Shown here in pieces: positions 31,928-42,778 of a stretch of 64,000 bases of DNA. The stretch covers positions 24,733 through 88,732 of the forward strand of contig CAZWJE010000004.1 in the NCBI GenBank assembly GCA_964634395.1, written 5' to 3'. The notes under the pieces were generated by a model. The model was not told the origin of the DNA and did no database searches. It saw nothing but the letters and a program-made list of their open reading frames with translations. A program made the translations under genes and the position numbers. Source of the stretch: an uncultured Gemmatimonas sp. Lineage in GTDB: Bacteria > Gemmatimonadota > Gemmatimonadetes > Longimicrobiales > Longimicrobiaceae. Position 1 is the first letter of the stretch. Each line of letters starts with the position of its first letter.

Positions 31928-32481
31928 TGATGCCGCGAGAATGGCGGGCCGTCAGTTTTATCCTGGGGTTGATCGTCGTCCTGGTCGGATTCGGCTGGAC
32001 GGTTCGCGATCGGTTCGCGCCGATCGTGGTCGGATCCACCGCGCCTGACTTCGAGGCGGCTCACTTCGATCGGACCCCCGTGCGACTCGCGACGCTCCGT
32101 GGCGAAGTCGTCCTCCTCAACATCTGGGCGACCTGGTGCGAGCCCTGTCGCGAGGAGATGCCTTCGATGCAGCGCCTCTACGATGAACTCGGCCCTCGCG
32201 GACTGCATATCGTGGCGGTGAGTATCGACGCGCCGTTCGGGTCCTCCGATCGCGGGGGCCGCCCGGGTGGCGACGTCGGGGCGTTCGCCCGGGAATATGG
32301 GCTCACGTTCCCGATCTGGCTGGATCCCGACGGCAATGTGCAACGGGTCTACCGCGCCACTGGCGTCCCGGAATCCTTCGTGATCGACCGCGATGGGACC
32401 ATCGTGAAGAAGGTGATCGGGGCGACCGACTGGTATTCCGATTCCAACCTCGATCTGCTCGAGCGACTCCTGGAGAGCTGA
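31924..32481 (+). CDS. TlpA-like thiol-disulfide oxidoreductase (thioredoxin fold)
   Basis: Signal anchor plus the WCEPC active site. Confidence 0.75.
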   Translation: MMMPREWRAVSFILGLIVVLVGFGWTVRDRFAPIVVGSTAPDFEAAHFDRTPVRLATLRGEVVLLNIWATWCEPCREEMPSMQRLYDELGPRGLHIVAVSIDAPFGSSDRGGRPGGDVGAFAREYGLTFPIWLDPDGNVQRVYRATGVPESFVIDRDGTIVKKVIGATDWYSDSNLDLLERLLES

Positions 32482-32484
32482 CGG

Positions 32485-33570
32485 ATGGCTTCCTTCTTCC
32501 GCCGGATCACGGAGAACTGGAAGCTGAAGACGCTCGCGCTGGCGATCGCGACGCTACTCTGGGTCGTGTGGAGCGCCGACGCGGTGACGAGCAACTGGAT
32601 TCCGGTGCCGCTGCAGGTTCGTATCGGGGATGCCCGTTACCGGCCGGTCGGTGAGGCGGCCCGTGAGGTCGAGGTGCGCTTCAGCGGAACGGGCCGTGAT
32701 CTGCTGGACGTCGCGGTGACCCGTCCGCCGCTCGTCCTGGCGATCGACGAGGTGCCCGGCCCGAACGCGGAGTACTCGCTCGATCCGCGCATGGTCCAGC
32801 TTCCGTCCCAACTCGCGGTGAGCGCGCTCGAGGTCCGGCCACGCACGTTGCCGCTCGAACTGGAGCGGATCGACACGCGCGTCGTCCCGGTCCGACCCCG
32901 AATGATCGACGCGCTGGATCCGGGCTGGTCACTCCTCGATACGCTGTCTCTCGAGCCCGCCGAGATCCGGGTGACGGGCCCTATCGCTCAGGTCGCCTCG
33001 CTCACGGAGATCTATACACAGCCGTTCGAGGTGACCAACGCGGATACGGTACTCCGTCGCGCCGTCGCGCTGGACACGGTGGGGCTCGGTTCGCTGGAAC
33101 TCGGCGCGACGAGCGTCAACGTCCTGGGTCGGGTGGACCGGATCGTGGACCGCGTGATCAACGACGTCCAGATCGATGTCATGGCCGGCGTGACGGTGAG
33201 CCCGGCCGCCGTCCAGGTTCGGCTGCGAGGTCCGGAGCGGGCCGTGCGGGCGATTCCGGCGGGGTCGATACGGGTCGTCGTGCCGGTGGATCGCATACCG
33301 TCGATGATCGCGGAGGAAGGTCTGCCGGTTCCGCTGCGGGTCGTGGGCGTGCGTGAGGGGATCGCGGCGACGGTCATCCCCACCCAGGCGACGATCCTGC
33401 CCGTGGCGCCGCCGACCGACGACCTGCAGGAGACGGAGGTCGGCCCGCCTCGGGACACCGCCGCCACACCCGTTGTCGGGCAGGACAGCGCCGTGACCCA
33501 CGCGGAGGATGGCGGGAGCGACGAAGGCCCACCCGACACGGACGAAGTCGTCCCCGACGTGGAGGCATGA
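32485..33570 (+). CDS. YbbR-like (CdaR-type) repeat domain protein
   Basis: N-terminal TM, then repeated ~80-aa beta-rich modules (EVRFSGTGRDLL..., IRVTGPIAQVASL..., VQVRLRGPERAV...). Confidence 0.5.
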   Translation: MASFFRRITENWKLKTLALAIATLLWVVWSADAVTSNWIPVPLQVRIGDARYRPVGEAAREVEVRFSGTGRDLLDVAVTRPPLVLAIDEVPGPNAEYSLDPRMVQLPSQLAVSALEVRPRTLPLELERIDTRVVPVRPRMIDALDPGWSLLDTLSLEPAEIRVTGPIAQVASLTEIYTQPFEVTNADTVLRRAVALDTVGLGSLELGATSVNVLGRVDRIVDRVINDVQIDVMAGVTVSPAAVQVRLRGPERAVRAIPAGSIRVVVPVDRIPSMIAEEGLPVPLRVVGVREGIAATVIPTQATILPVAPPTDDLQETEVGPPRDTAATPVVGQDSAVTHAEDGGSDEGPPDTDEVVPDVEA

Positions 33571-34676
33571 GCCAGACGCTCACCCTCGGGATCGAGACTT
33601 CCTGCGACGAGACGTCCGCCGCGGTGCTCCGTGGCGAGAACGATCTACTCTCCCACACGATCCTCTCCCAGGACATCCACGTCATGTACGGGGGCGTGGT
33701 CCCCGAGATCGCGTCACGAGAACACCTTCGCGTCCTGGACGAGGTGGTCGAGGACGCACTCTCGCGCGCGGGCATCGGCCTGGACGCCGTCGACCTCTTC
33801 GCGGTGACGGCGGGTCCGGGTCTGATCGGGGCGCTTCTCGTCGGCGTCGCCTGGGCGAAGGGAGCCGCCTGGGCGATGGACCGGCCGCTGGTGGGCGTCC
33901 ACCATATGGAGGGTCATCTCTTCGCGGTGAACGTGGAGCGCCCCGAGGCCGAACCGCCCTTCGTGGCGCTCCTCGTTTCCGGTGGGCATACCATGTTGCT
34001 CCACGTACCCGCGTGGGGCGACTACCGGCTGCTCGGCGAGACCCGGGACGACGCGGCCGGCGAGGCGTTCGACAAGGCCGCGAAACTGTTGGGGTTACCC
34101 TATCCCGGCGGTCCCTCCATCGAACGGGTCGCGCGGGAAGGAGATCCGTCGCGGCACCCGCTACCCCGTCCGCTTCTCAGCCCGAGGACGGGACCGGAGG
34201 ATCCGGATTACTTCGACTTTTCCTACAGCGGTCTGAAGACGGCGCTCCGCACGCGAATCCAGCGAATGGACGGCGAAGGAGAACTCGCCGCCGCCGTGCC
34301 CGATCTGGCGGCGTCGTTCCAGGAGGCGGCGATCGAGGTCCTCGTGGAGAAGACGGCGCGCGCCGTGCAAGAAACGGGTTGTTCGCGGGTATTGTTGGGC
34401 GGCGGCGTCGCGAACAGCCGGAGATTGCGCGAGCGTCTTCTGGAGCGGATCTCCGGAGTGGCGCTTTTCCACCCCTCCAGCCGACTCGCGACGGACAATG
34501 CCGCGATGATCGCGCGGGCCGGGAAGTTCCGATTCGACCGGGGAGAGGTGGCGGTGCCCGAACTGACGGCCCGCGCGGATCTGCCGTTTCCGGGGCTCGA
34601 CCGCGCCGGATGGCACTCATGCGGACAAACTCCCGCCGGGCATTCCGGATGTCGGAAATACGGTAGCGAATGCTGA
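33567..34676 (+). CDS. tsaD: tRNA N6-adenosine threonylcarbamoyltransferase
   Basis: LTLGIETSCDETSAAV...VGVHHMEGHLFA...LLVSGGHT. Confidence 0.9.
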   Translation: MSQTLTLGIETSCDETSAAVLRGENDLLSHTILSQDIHVMYGGVVPEIASREHLRVLDEVVEDALSRAGIGLDAVDLFAVTAGPGLIGALLVGVAWAKGAAWAMDRPLVGVHHMEGHLFAVNVERPEAEPPFVALLVSGGHTMLLHVPAWGDYRLLGETRDDAAGEAFDKAAKLLGLPYPGGPSIERVAREGDPSRHPLPRPLLSPRTGPEDPDYFDFSYSGLKTALRTRIQRMDGEGELAAAVPDLAASFQEAAIEVLVEKTARAVQETGCSRVLLGGGVANSRRLRERLLERISGVALFHPSSRLATDNAAMIARAGKFRFDRGEVAVPELTARADLPFPGLDRAGWHSCGQTPAGHSGCRKYGSEC

Positions 34677-35581
34677 CGATCCTTCACGTTTCCGACCTGC
34701 ATTTCGGACCGCCATTCCACCCGGAGGCGGCCGAGGCGCTTCTGCGTTTCGTGGAACGGAATCCGACGGACGTGATCGTGGCCTCGGGCGACTTCACCCA
34801 GCGCGCGAAGATCGAACAGTTTCGCCAGGCGCGTGCCTTCCTCGAGCGCCTTCCGCCCGTTCCCCTTGTCGTCACCCCGGGTAATCACGACATCCCGCTC
34901 TATCGCGTGGGCGAGCGGTTGTTCGATCCGTACCGAAACTACCGGGAGTACATCTCCGACGAACTGGATACCGTCCTTACCGTGCCGGGCGCGGTGATCG
35001 TGGCCGTCAACTCGACGGCGCCTCATCGGGCGATCACCAACGGACGCATCCATCGCTGGCAGCTCGACTTCGTGCGCGAGGCGTTCGCGGACACGCCGGA
35101 CGAGGTCCAGCGGATCGTCGTTTCGCACCACCATTTCGCGCCGCCGCCCGACTTCGAGGGCGCGAAGGCGATGCAGGGCGCCAAGCGCGCGCTCGACGCG
35201 TTCACGGCGATGCGGGTGGACCTCATCCTCGGTGGTCACCTTCATCGGGCGTACATCGGCAACTCGCTGGACGTCTACCCCGGCAAGGATCGGAATCACG
35301 GGATCGTCATCGCCGAATCAGGGACGACCACGTCGCGGCGCGGCCGAGCGCGCGAGAGGGAGAAGAACACCTTCAATGTCCTGAGAATCGACGGACGGCG
35401 AATCCGGATAACGCATTACATGTACTTCGAGCCCGCCGGGGGTTTCCTGCCCACGAGCCGGCACATCTTCTTCCGGGGCGGCCGTCCGCCGCTGGACGAT
35501 CCGCTCGTCGAGGAATCCGGTGCCCTCTTCCGATTCGCCGACGAGATGGGCGAGATGGGCGAGGTGGGCCGGCATGGATGA
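34670..35581 (+). CDS. Metallophosphoesterase (calcineurin-like)
   Basis: LHVSDLHFG, GDFTQ, GNHD, VSHHH, GHLH motifs. Confidence 0.7.
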   Translation: MLTILHVSDLHFGPPFHPEAAEALLRFVERNPTDVIVASGDFTQRAKIEQFRQARAFLERLPPVPLVVTPGNHDIPLYRVGERLFDPYRNYREYISDELDTVLTVPGAVIVAVNSTAPHRAITNGRIHRWQLDFVREAFADTPDEVQRIVVSHHHFAPPPDFEGAKAMQGAKRALDAFTAMRVDLILGGHLHRAYIGNSLDVYPGKDRNHGIVIAESGTTTSRRGRAREREKNTFNVLRIDGRRIRITHYMYFEPAGGFLPTSRHIFFRGGRPPLDDPLVEESGALFRFADEMGEMGEVGRHG

Positions 35582-36815
35582 GTCGGGATCCCCCCGCCCG
35601 GGTCGCCGGCGGAGTGACGCGCCACGGGTACGGCTACCCGGGGCCTGGGTGATGTCCGGTGTCGCGCTGGCTTTCGTGGTCGCCATCGCCGCCATCGTCG
35701 CGGTCACCCAGACGAGTTGGGGCCGCTCGCAGATTCTCTCCTTTACCGTCCGGGCGATCGGCGGCCGGCTGAGCGGTGAGTTCTCGATCGGGCGGATCGA
35801 TGGAAACATGCTCACCGGCGCGCGATTGTACGACGTGAGCCTCCGCGGGTATGACGGCGTTCCGCTCGCTGAACTGGATAGCGCCTATATCCAGTACCGT
35901 GTGGTGAGTTTCCTCGGCGGTGACATCGTGATCAACCGCCTCACCGCCTGGAACGCCGCGCTCAACCTCCTCCGAATGCCGGACGACACCACCTGGAACT
36001 ACGTGGAGATCCTGGCGGATCCTTCCCCCGATCCCACCAGCGCCCCGATCGGCATTCTCATCGAGCGGCTGATCCTGAAAGACAGTCCGATCGCGATTCG
36101 CGCACCCGTCGAAGCCGATCCCAGGCTCTCTCCCGAGGCGGCGCGCGCCGAGGTCGCGGAAACGATCGCGGACACCGCGCGCTGGTACATCGAGGAAGTG
36201 CCCGGTGGCCATCTGAGGGCGATGTACCTGGAGGTGGACTCCGCCGCCGCCAGGGAGGTATTCATCGGCGGAAGCGAACGGGGCGGGATCTATCTCGAGT
36301 TGGAGCAGGCGCGGGTGACGTACCGCGGTTCGAAGGACCCCCCGCTCGAAGTCACCGGCGCGCGGGGGCAGATGCACCTCCTCGACGGCCTCGTGAAGAT
36401 CGACATGCCGGCCTTCGAGCTCACGTCGAGCCAGGCCTCGATGATCGGGACCGTTGACCTGACCGGAGACCGACCGATGTACGATCTCTCGATCGACGCG
36501 GCCGAGTACGCGCTCTCGGATCTGCGCTGGCTTTTCCCCTGGTTCCCGGCCGAGCCCGAGGCGGCGCACGGGGAGGGGCACTTCACGCTCCAGGACGAGC
36601 CGCTCGAACTCATCTTCCTCGCCCGCGACTTCCTTCTCGAAATGCCGGGGAGCCGGGTCACCGGTTCGTTCGGCCTGGCCACGGGGATCGATTCGTTCGA
36701 GTTTTTCGACGTCGATATCGAGGCCGATCCGCTCGACGTCGCGGACATCGAGCGACTGCTGCCCGAGGGGCTGCCCGTCAGCGGGCTGGAGATCGGTGGC
36801 GCGACGATCGAGTAG
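35574..36815 (+). CDS. Hypothetical membrane-anchored protein (AsmA/TamB N-terminal-like?)
   Basis: TM helix (VALAFVVAIAAIVAV), then a long soluble region. The start is uncertain. Confidence 0.35.
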   Translation: MDESGSPRPGRRRSDAPRVRLPGAWVMSGVALAFVVAIAAIVAVTQTSWGRSQILSFTVRAIGGRLSGEFSIGRIDGNMLTGARLYDVSLRGYDGVPLAELDSAYIQYRVVSFLGGDIVINRLTAWNAALNLLRMPDDTTWNYVEILADPSPDPTSAPIGILIERLILKDSPIAIRAPVEADPRLSPEAARAEVAETIADTARWYIEEVPGGHLRAMYLEVDSAAAREVFIGGSERGGIYLELEQARVTYRGSKDPPLEVTGARGQMHLLDGLVKIDMPAFELTSSQASMIGTVDLTGDRPMYDLSIDAAEYALSDLRWLFPWFPAEPEAAHGEGHFTLQDEPLELIFLARDFLLEMPGSRVTGSFGLATGIDSFEFFDVDIEADPLDVADIERLLPEGLPVSGLEIGGATIE

Positions 36816-36896
36816 CGGTCGGGGGCTCGGGACGACCAGGAGCGGGACGACGAGAAGCCGGGCCCGGGATGACAAGGTCGAACCTCCGCGCGGCTC

Positions 36897-38633
36897 TCAC
36901 TCCTCGTGCGGGAGGCGAATCCTGCGCGGCGGTCCGGGAGCGACGGCTTCGGGGCGGTCGTCCGGCCCGGATACCGGCGCGCCGCTATCGCTGTTTCCCT
37001 CGCCATCGGGCACGAAGCGCATGACGGAGTCGGGAAGCTGCACCCCGCCGATCTCCTTCATCACCTCCATGACGGGCGGGAAAACCGCCGCCAGATCCTG
37101 CACGAAACGGGCGGGGCCGGACGATGCCCCATCCGCGTGGGGACCGCCGTTGCCGCTCCACACCACGACCTTGTCGAACTTGACGCTGGAGATCGCTTTC
37201 GCGGCGCTTTCCGCGAGGTGGTCGAGGTGCTCGAGCATGAGCAGTCGGTAGGCCGAATCGGCTCCGCCGCACGCGTCCACGATCGCCTTGAGGCCCTCTC
37301 CCTTCTTCTGGAGTTTTTCGAACTCACCCTGGGCTTCGGCGCGCAGACGCGCGAGGATCGCGGCCGCTTCCGCGTCGGCGCCGATTCGCGTGCTCTCACC
37401 GTCCGCCTCGGCCTCGACGATGCGTCGTGCTTTCTCGGCGCGCGCGGGGGCCTCGAGCTCGGCCCGTTGCTCCGCTTCGACCCGTTCCGCCTCGGCCAGC
37501 GCGGCTCGAGCGAGCGCCCGGTTCTGCGCCTCTTCGACGGCTGCCTCGGCCACCCGTTTGCGCGTCTCGCCCTCCTGGTACGCCTCCGCCCGCCGGACCT
37601 GCAGTTCCGCCTCGGCGACCGCCACCAGCGCCTGCGCCGCCGCCTCTCCCTTGATCGCCTCCGCGTCCGCCGCCGCGATCGCGACACGGCGCGCGCGGTC
37701 CGCCTTCACCTCGCCCTCCACCGCCTCCGCCTCGGCGGCCGCGACCGAGATCCGCTTCTCCCGATCCGCCAGGGCGATCTGGGCGTCTCGTTCGAACGCC
37801 GCGCGCTGCTGGGCCACCGACGTTTCCTTCTCGAGATCAGCGATTCTCACCTGTTGATCACGCGCCGCTTCCTGGACACCGATCTCCCGGAATTTGCTTG
37901 CGTTGGCGACCTGTATCGTACGTTCCTGCTCCGCGTTGGCTACGCGGATCTCACCGACTTTCTCCTGCTCCGCGACATCGCCCCGCGCCTTCTGTACCGC
38001 CTCGGCGGCCGCCTTCCGACCGATCGCTTCGATGTAGCCCGACTCGTCGCCGAGGTCCTTGATGTTCACGTTCAGCAGTACGAGCCCGATCTTCCTCAAC
38101 TCAGGCTCGAGCGCGGCCTGGATGTGCGCCTGGAACGCGTCGCGGTCGCGGTTGATCTCCTCGATACGCATCGAGGCGATGACCTGCCGCATCTGTCCGA
38201 AGATGATGTCCGCCGCCTGACTCTTGATCTCCTCCTGGGTAAGGCCGAGCAGTCGTGTCGCGGCGTTCTGCTGGATCTCCGGCGTGGTACCGATCGCGAC
38301 GGTGAAGACCGAAGGCACACGGACGCGGATGTTCTCGTAGGAGAGGGCGTCGGTGAGGTTCACGTCCACGGTGAGCGGCAGGAGCGAAAGGAACGCGTGC
38401 TCCTGGATGACGGGGAAGACGAACTTCCCGCCGCCGCTGAGACAGATCGCCGACTGGCCGGGGCCGACGCGGCCGGAGATGACGAGGACCTGGTTCGCCG
38501 GGCAGCGCTTGTAGCGGGTGACGAAGAGAACGATGACGCTCAGGCAGACGAGCGCCACCAGCCCGAGGGCACCGAAGGTCGTGAGGAGTCCGACGGGGTC
38601 GAACTGAAGCAGGATCGTCGCGCCGGGGGTCAT
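36897..38633 (-). CDS. Flotillin-family (SPFH domain) protein
   Basis: N-terminal TM, SPFH/band-7 core, then a long Ala/Glu-rich coiled-coil (AEAEA repeats). Confidence 0.85.
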   Translation of the reverse strand: MTPGATILLQFDPVGLLTTFGALGLVALVCLSVIVLFVTRYKRCPANQVLVISGRVGPGQSAICLSGGGKFVFPVIQEHAFLSLLPLTVDVNLTDALSYENIRVRVPSVFTVAIGTTPEIQQNAATRLLGLTQEEIKSQAADIIFGQMRQVIASMRIEEINRDRDAFQAHIQAALEPELRKIGLVLLNVNIKDLGDESGYIEAIGRKAAAEAVQKARGDVAEQEKVGEIRVANAEQERTIQVANASKFREIGVQEAARDQQVRIADLEKETSVAQQRAAFERDAQIALADREKRISVAAAEAEAVEGEVKADRARRVAIAAADAEAIKGEAAAQALVAVAEAELQVRRAEAYQEGETRKRVAEAAVEEAQNRALARAALAEAERVEAEQRAELEAPARAEKARRIVEAEADGESTRIGADAEAAAILARLRAEAQGEFEKLQKKGEGLKAIVDACGGADSAYRLLMLEHLDHLAESAAKAISSVKFDKVVVWSGNGGPHADGASSGPARFVQDLAAVFPPVMEVMKEIGGVQLPDSVMRFVPDGEGNSDSGAPVSGPDDRPEAVAPGPPRRIRLPHEE

Positions 38634-39193
38634 TCGAGGACCTCATCGATGAGAGAGACGGGGATGACCTCGACCGTGTCGGGGTCGACGATGGATACGA
38701 CCACGACGGATTCGCCGGTGTCCAGGGTTTCGCCGAGAGGGGTGACCGCGCCGATCTCCACGGTTCGGCCCTGGAGCGCGAAGTGGACCTTGCCCGGACC
38801 GGAGCGAGCCGGGGGTATGGAGAGGTAGACGGTGGCCGCGAGCCCGACCGCGCCTTCGAGACGTAGCGAGCCGTCGCTGTCCAGGCGCAGAACCTGCCGC
38901 GTGAGCAGCGCCGTACCGATCAGCCCTCCCCCACCCGCGACCGCGCCGATCAGCGCGGCCAAGAGAGTGGGCGCGCCGCTGGCCGCCGCCGTGAGGCCGC
39001 CCAGCCCAAAGAACCCGACCCCGGCGGCCACGGACCGGACGCTGAGCAGCTCGAACCCTTCGCCGATCGCCGATTCACCGCCCTCGAAGCCATTGACCTC
39101 GGGTGTATCGCCGAGGCCGAAGAATCCGACGAGGATCTGGATGACGAGGACGAGAACTCCCAGGGCGGCGCAGGCGATGAAAAGTTCGTTCAT
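38630..39193 (-). CDS. NfeD-like membrane protein (flotillin partner)
   Basis: Gly-rich TM region plus a C-terminal OB-fold (VHFALQGRTVEIGAVTPLGE...VVVVSIVDPDTVEVIPV). Overlaps the flotillin start by 4 bp. Confidence 0.65.
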   Translation of the reverse strand: MNELFIACAALGVLVLVIQILVGFFGLGDTPEVNGFEGGESAIGEGFELLSVRSVAAGVGFFGLGGLTAAASGAPTLLAALIGAVAGGGGLIGTALLTRQVLRLDSDGSLRLEGAVGLAATVYLSIPPARSGPGKVHFALQGRTVEIGAVTPLGETLDTGESVVVVSIVDPDTVEVIPVSLIDEVLE

Positions 39194-39515
39194 CGTCGTG
39201 GAGACAGGGTGGGTGATTACCGCCTTCCCGCTGGAAGGTAACATCGGCGCCGAACCGGGCAATGCCGAAGCCCGGCCCGGCCCATGCGGACCCGGTGGGG
39301 CGCTTGACTTTTCCGTCGGAACGGGCCTACTCTGCCTGCCTCACGCCGTGCGAGATCGCCATGCCTGAACGCCGCCGCCGGTCGGCCGGGAGGAGTCACC
39401 ATCACCATTCACGACGTCTTGGCCGACCGTCGATCGAGATTCCGCGCGCGAATGGTCGCGGTCGCTCGCGACGCGGGTCCGAGGGGCACGCGGAGATTCA
39501 GGGGGGTGGGTTGAG

Positions 39516-40577
39516 GTGGAAAGCGCTGATCCGGTCCCTGCTCGGCTCATGAGCGATTCCCCCGAGACGCTGGCTCCCGTGCCCGAGCATCGACGGGCCC
39601 GGATCGTCGAGATCGCGCGCCGTGCGCGTGCCGCGCGCCATGTCATTCTCACCACCCATCTCAACGCGGACGGCGACGGCGCCGGCTCGGAAACGGCGCT
39701 CGCGGCATGGCTCGAGAGCGTGGGGGTGCGTGTCACGATCGTCAATCCCACGCCGTATCCGGAAAACTACCGGTTCCTCCTCCACCGTCCGGACCTGACC
39801 GTCGATGCGACGGACCCGGACATCGCGGCGCTCGTCGCGACCGCCGACCTCGGCATCGTCGTGGATACCAGCGAACCACGCCGGATCGCGCCGCTGGAAG
39901 GATATTTCGCCAGCCTGCGGACGCTGATCGTCGACCATCACCCGGCCGGGCCGGTCGTGATCGCCGGAGACGGGATCAGCGATCCCGAGGCCTCCGCGGC
40001 TGGTGAACTCGTCTACGACATCATCACCCTCTCAGGCGATCCATGGCCGTTCGCGTCCGCGCTCGGCGTGTACGTCGCCATCGTCAGCGACACGGGTTCC
40101 TTCCGGTTCGGCAATACGACGCCGCGCGCGCACCGGATCGCCGCCGAGATGCTCTCCCGGGGCGTCGATCCCGAGTCGGTGTTCGAAAAAATGTTCGCGA
40201 CCGCGCCGATGCGGCGTCTGGAACTCCTCCGCGAGGCGCTCGCGAACCTCTACCGGGACGAGGAACGGGGAATCGCGTGGATCGTGGTGACCAAGGAGAT
40301 CACCGACCGGCTGGGGTCCACGCTGGATGACTACGACGGCCTCATCGAGCACGTTCGTTCGATCGAGGGGACCCGGGTGGCGATCATGTTTCGCGAGGCC
40401 AGCGAGGACGAGACCAAGATCTCGCTCCGTTCGACGGGCCTGGTCGACGTGAACCAGGTCGCGCGGAAGTTCGGTGGCGGCGGACACGTGAAAGCGTCCG
40501 GCGCCACCATCGGCATGCCGATCGCCGAGGCGGTTCGCCGGGTCGTCGACGAGGTCCGGCACGCCGTCGACGTCTGA
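39516..40577 (+). CDS. nrnA: DHH-family phosphoesterase (NrnA-like nanoRNase/pAp phosphatase)
   Basis: DHH motifs (HLNADGDGAGS, DHH) and DHHA1 (GGGH). Confidence 0.75.
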   Translation: MESADPVPARLMSDSPETLAPVPEHRRARIVEIARRARAARHVILTTHLNADGDGAGSETALAAWLESVGVRVTIVNPTPYPENYRFLLHRPDLTVDATDPDIAALVATADLGIVVDTSEPRRIAPLEGYFASLRTLIVDHHPAGPVVIAGDGISDPEASAAGELVYDIITLSGDPWPFASALGVYVAIVSDTGSFRFGNTTPRAHRIAAEMLSRGVDPESVFEKMFATAPMRRLELLREALANLYRDEERGIAWIVVTKEITDRLGSTLDDYDGLIEHVRSIEGTRVAIMFREASEDETKISLRSTGLVDVNQVARKFGGGGHVKASGATIGMPIAEAVRRVVDEVRHAVDV

Positions 40578-40599
40578 GCGAACCGCCTCCGCGACTCTC

Positions 40600-42522
40600 C
40601 TACTTCTGTCCGTTCACCCCCTGTCCCTCCAGGTACGTATACCCGGCGAGTCCCTCGATGTAGTCGGCGATGAAAGCGTTCGACTCCTGTCGAGTGAGGC
40701 CCTGGGCGCGCTGCACTTTGCGGCGGAACGCGGCCACGAGGGTCTGCGCGTCGAACTGCACATAGTTGAGCACTTCGGTGGTGGTGTCGCCGTGGACCAG
40801 GTCGGTGATCTCATAGCCGTCGCCGTCGAGCGCGAGGCGAACGTGGATGGCGTTGGTGTCACCGAAGAGGTTGTGCAGGTCACCGAGGATCTCCTGGTAG
40901 GCGCCGGTCAGGAAGATCCCGAGAACGTAGGGCTCACCGCGTTTGAGTTGATGCAGTTCGAGGGTCCGCTTCCCGGTGCGGCCGCCGGTGAAGCGATCGA
41001 TCTTGCCGTCGGAGTCGCAGGTCACGTCCTGCAGGGTACCGCGCTGGGTCGGCTCCTCGTTGAGCCGATGGATCGGCAGGATCGGGAATAGCTGGTCGAT
41101 CGCCCAGGAATCCGGCAGCGACTGGAAGAGGGAGAAGTTGCAGAAGTAACGGTCGGTGAGGATGACGTCGAGTTCCGGGGTGATCTCGCCGAGTTCTCCT
41201 TCCTCGTCCTTGGCGATGAGGCGGGCGATACGGTTCATGATCGCCAGGTGAAGGCGTTCGATGGTGGCCCGATCGCGCAGTGAAAGAACGCCGCTGTTGA
41301 AGAGGAGCTGGGCCTGCTCCTTGGCGAAGATCGCGTCGTGGTAGAGTTCGCGCAGGTTCCGCGTGTTGACTTCGTCGAGCGAACCGGCGAGGTCGTGTAC
41401 GAGCGCGGGGGCGTCTTCCGGGATCTCGCCGATCTCACCGACGACCTGCGTCTCGAGATCGATGACGTTGATCAGGAGAAGGGCGTGGTGCGCGGTGAGT
41501 GCCCGGCCGGATTCGGAGATCACGTTCGGCATGGGGACCTCGCCCCCGCGGCACGCCTCGGCGAGCGAATAGATGATATCGTTCGCGTACTCCTGCACCG
41601 AATAGTTGACGCTGGCGTTCGAGGTGGAGCGGGAGCCGTCGTAATCGACACCGAGCCCGCCGCCCACATCCACGTACTCGACGCCCACCCCGGCCGTCCT
41701 CAACTCGACATAGTAGCGGCTTACTTCGGCCATTGCCGCCTTCACGTTGCGGATGTCGGGGACCTGCGATCCGAGATGGAAATGGATCAGCTTGAGCAAG
41801 TCGAGTTTTCCGGCTTCCTGCAGCTTGTCGAGGACGAGGACCAGCTGGGAAGCGTTGAGGCCGAACTTGCTCCGTTCTCCGACGGTTTCCGCCCACTTTC
41901 CGGAGCCGGTGGCCGCCAGCTTGATCCGGACGCCGATCAGGGGGTCCACTTCCATCTCCTCGGCGACGCGGAGGATCAGGTCGACCTCGTTGATCTTCTC
42001 GACCACCACGAACACCGTGTGGCCGAGTTTCTGACCCATGAGCGCCAGGCGAATGAACTCCTCGTCCTTGTAGCCGTTGCAGACGATGATGTGGTCGGTA
42101 CGGTCGCTGAGCGCGAGGACCGCCTGCAACTCCGGCTTGCTCCCGACTTCCAGCCCGACGCCATACTCCTGGCCGAACTGGAGTATCTCCTCCACGACGT
42201 GCCGCTGCTGGTTGACCTTGACCGGATAGACAGGGATGTACTTTCCGTCGTACTCGAACTCGGCGATCGCGTTCTGGAAGCGGACCGCGAGCGACTCGAC
42301 TCGTGTTCGCAGGATGTCCGAGAAACGCAGGAGAAGGGGGAGCGAGACACCCTGCGCCTCCATGTCCTTGGCGATTTCGTAGAGGTCGAGGCTCCGGGAC
42401 GGTTCCTTCGTGGGGTGTACGGTGACGTGCCCCAGTTCGTTGATGCCGAAGTATCCGACTCCCCAGCCTTCCACGTTGTACAGCTCCAGCGCGTCATCTA
42501 TCGTCCAGGCATCCTGTGCCAT
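40600..42522 (-). CDS. speA: Biosynthetic arginine decarboxylase
   Basis: LYNVEGWGVGYFGINELGHV...YPVKVNQQ, typical of SpeA. Start taken at the MAQDAW ATG; an upstream ATG at 42603 is possible. Confidence 0.85.
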   Translation of the reverse strand: MAQDAWTIDDALELYNVEGWGVGYFGINELGHVTVHPTKEPSRSLDLYEIAKDMEAQGVSLPLLLRFSDILRTRVESLAVRFQNAIAEFEYDGKYIPVYPVKVNQQRHVVEEILQFGQEYGVGLEVGSKPELQAVLALSDRTDHIIVCNGYKDEEFIRLALMGQKLGHTVFVVVEKINEVDLILRVAEEMEVDPLIGVRIKLAATGSGKWAETVGERSKFGLNASQLVLVLDKLQEAGKLDLLKLIHFHLGSQVPDIRNVKAAMAEVSRYYVELRTAGVGVEYVDVGGGLGVDYDGSRSTSNASVNYSVQEYANDIIYSLAEACRGGEVPMPNVISESGRALTAHHALLLINVIDLETQVVGEIGEIPEDAPALVHDLAGSLDEVNTRNLRELYHDAIFAKEQAQLLFNSGVLSLRDRATIERLHLAIMNRIARLIAKDEEGELGEITPELDVILTDRYFCNFSLFQSLPDSWAIDQLFPILPIHRLNEEPTQRGTLQDVTCDSDGKIDRFTGGRTGKRTLELHQLKRGEPYVLGIFLTGAYQEILGDLHNLFGDTNAIHVRLALDGDGYEITDLVHGDTTTEVLNYVQFDAQTLVAAFRRKVQRAQGLTRQESNAFIADYIEGLAGYTYLEGQGVNGQK

Positions 42523-42778
42523 AGCGGTCCTCGATGAGTCCAGGGTCCGATGAAGGCCCGGCGAAGCGTGGTCGGGGCCGGGCGAATCCGTCGAGTTGTC
42601 CACCTTGCTTTGTGCATCCCTCGACGAAGGGGCAAAAGACTAAAAATCTGTACCAACGAGGCGTCTCCCGAAAGGGCGGCGGGGACGATGGGGGGGCGAA
42701 GGCCACGGTGGAGGCGAACGGAAGGGTGGCGCGGCGAGAGCCGGCCACGTAACGTGCCCGAAATTCCTCCCCGGACCG

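Noticed and set aside
37061-37857. Long Ala/Arg/Ser-rich ORFs on both strands inside the flotillin gene
   Set aside because: They are products of the GC-rich Ala/Glu coiled-coil coding repeat of flotillin read in other frames.
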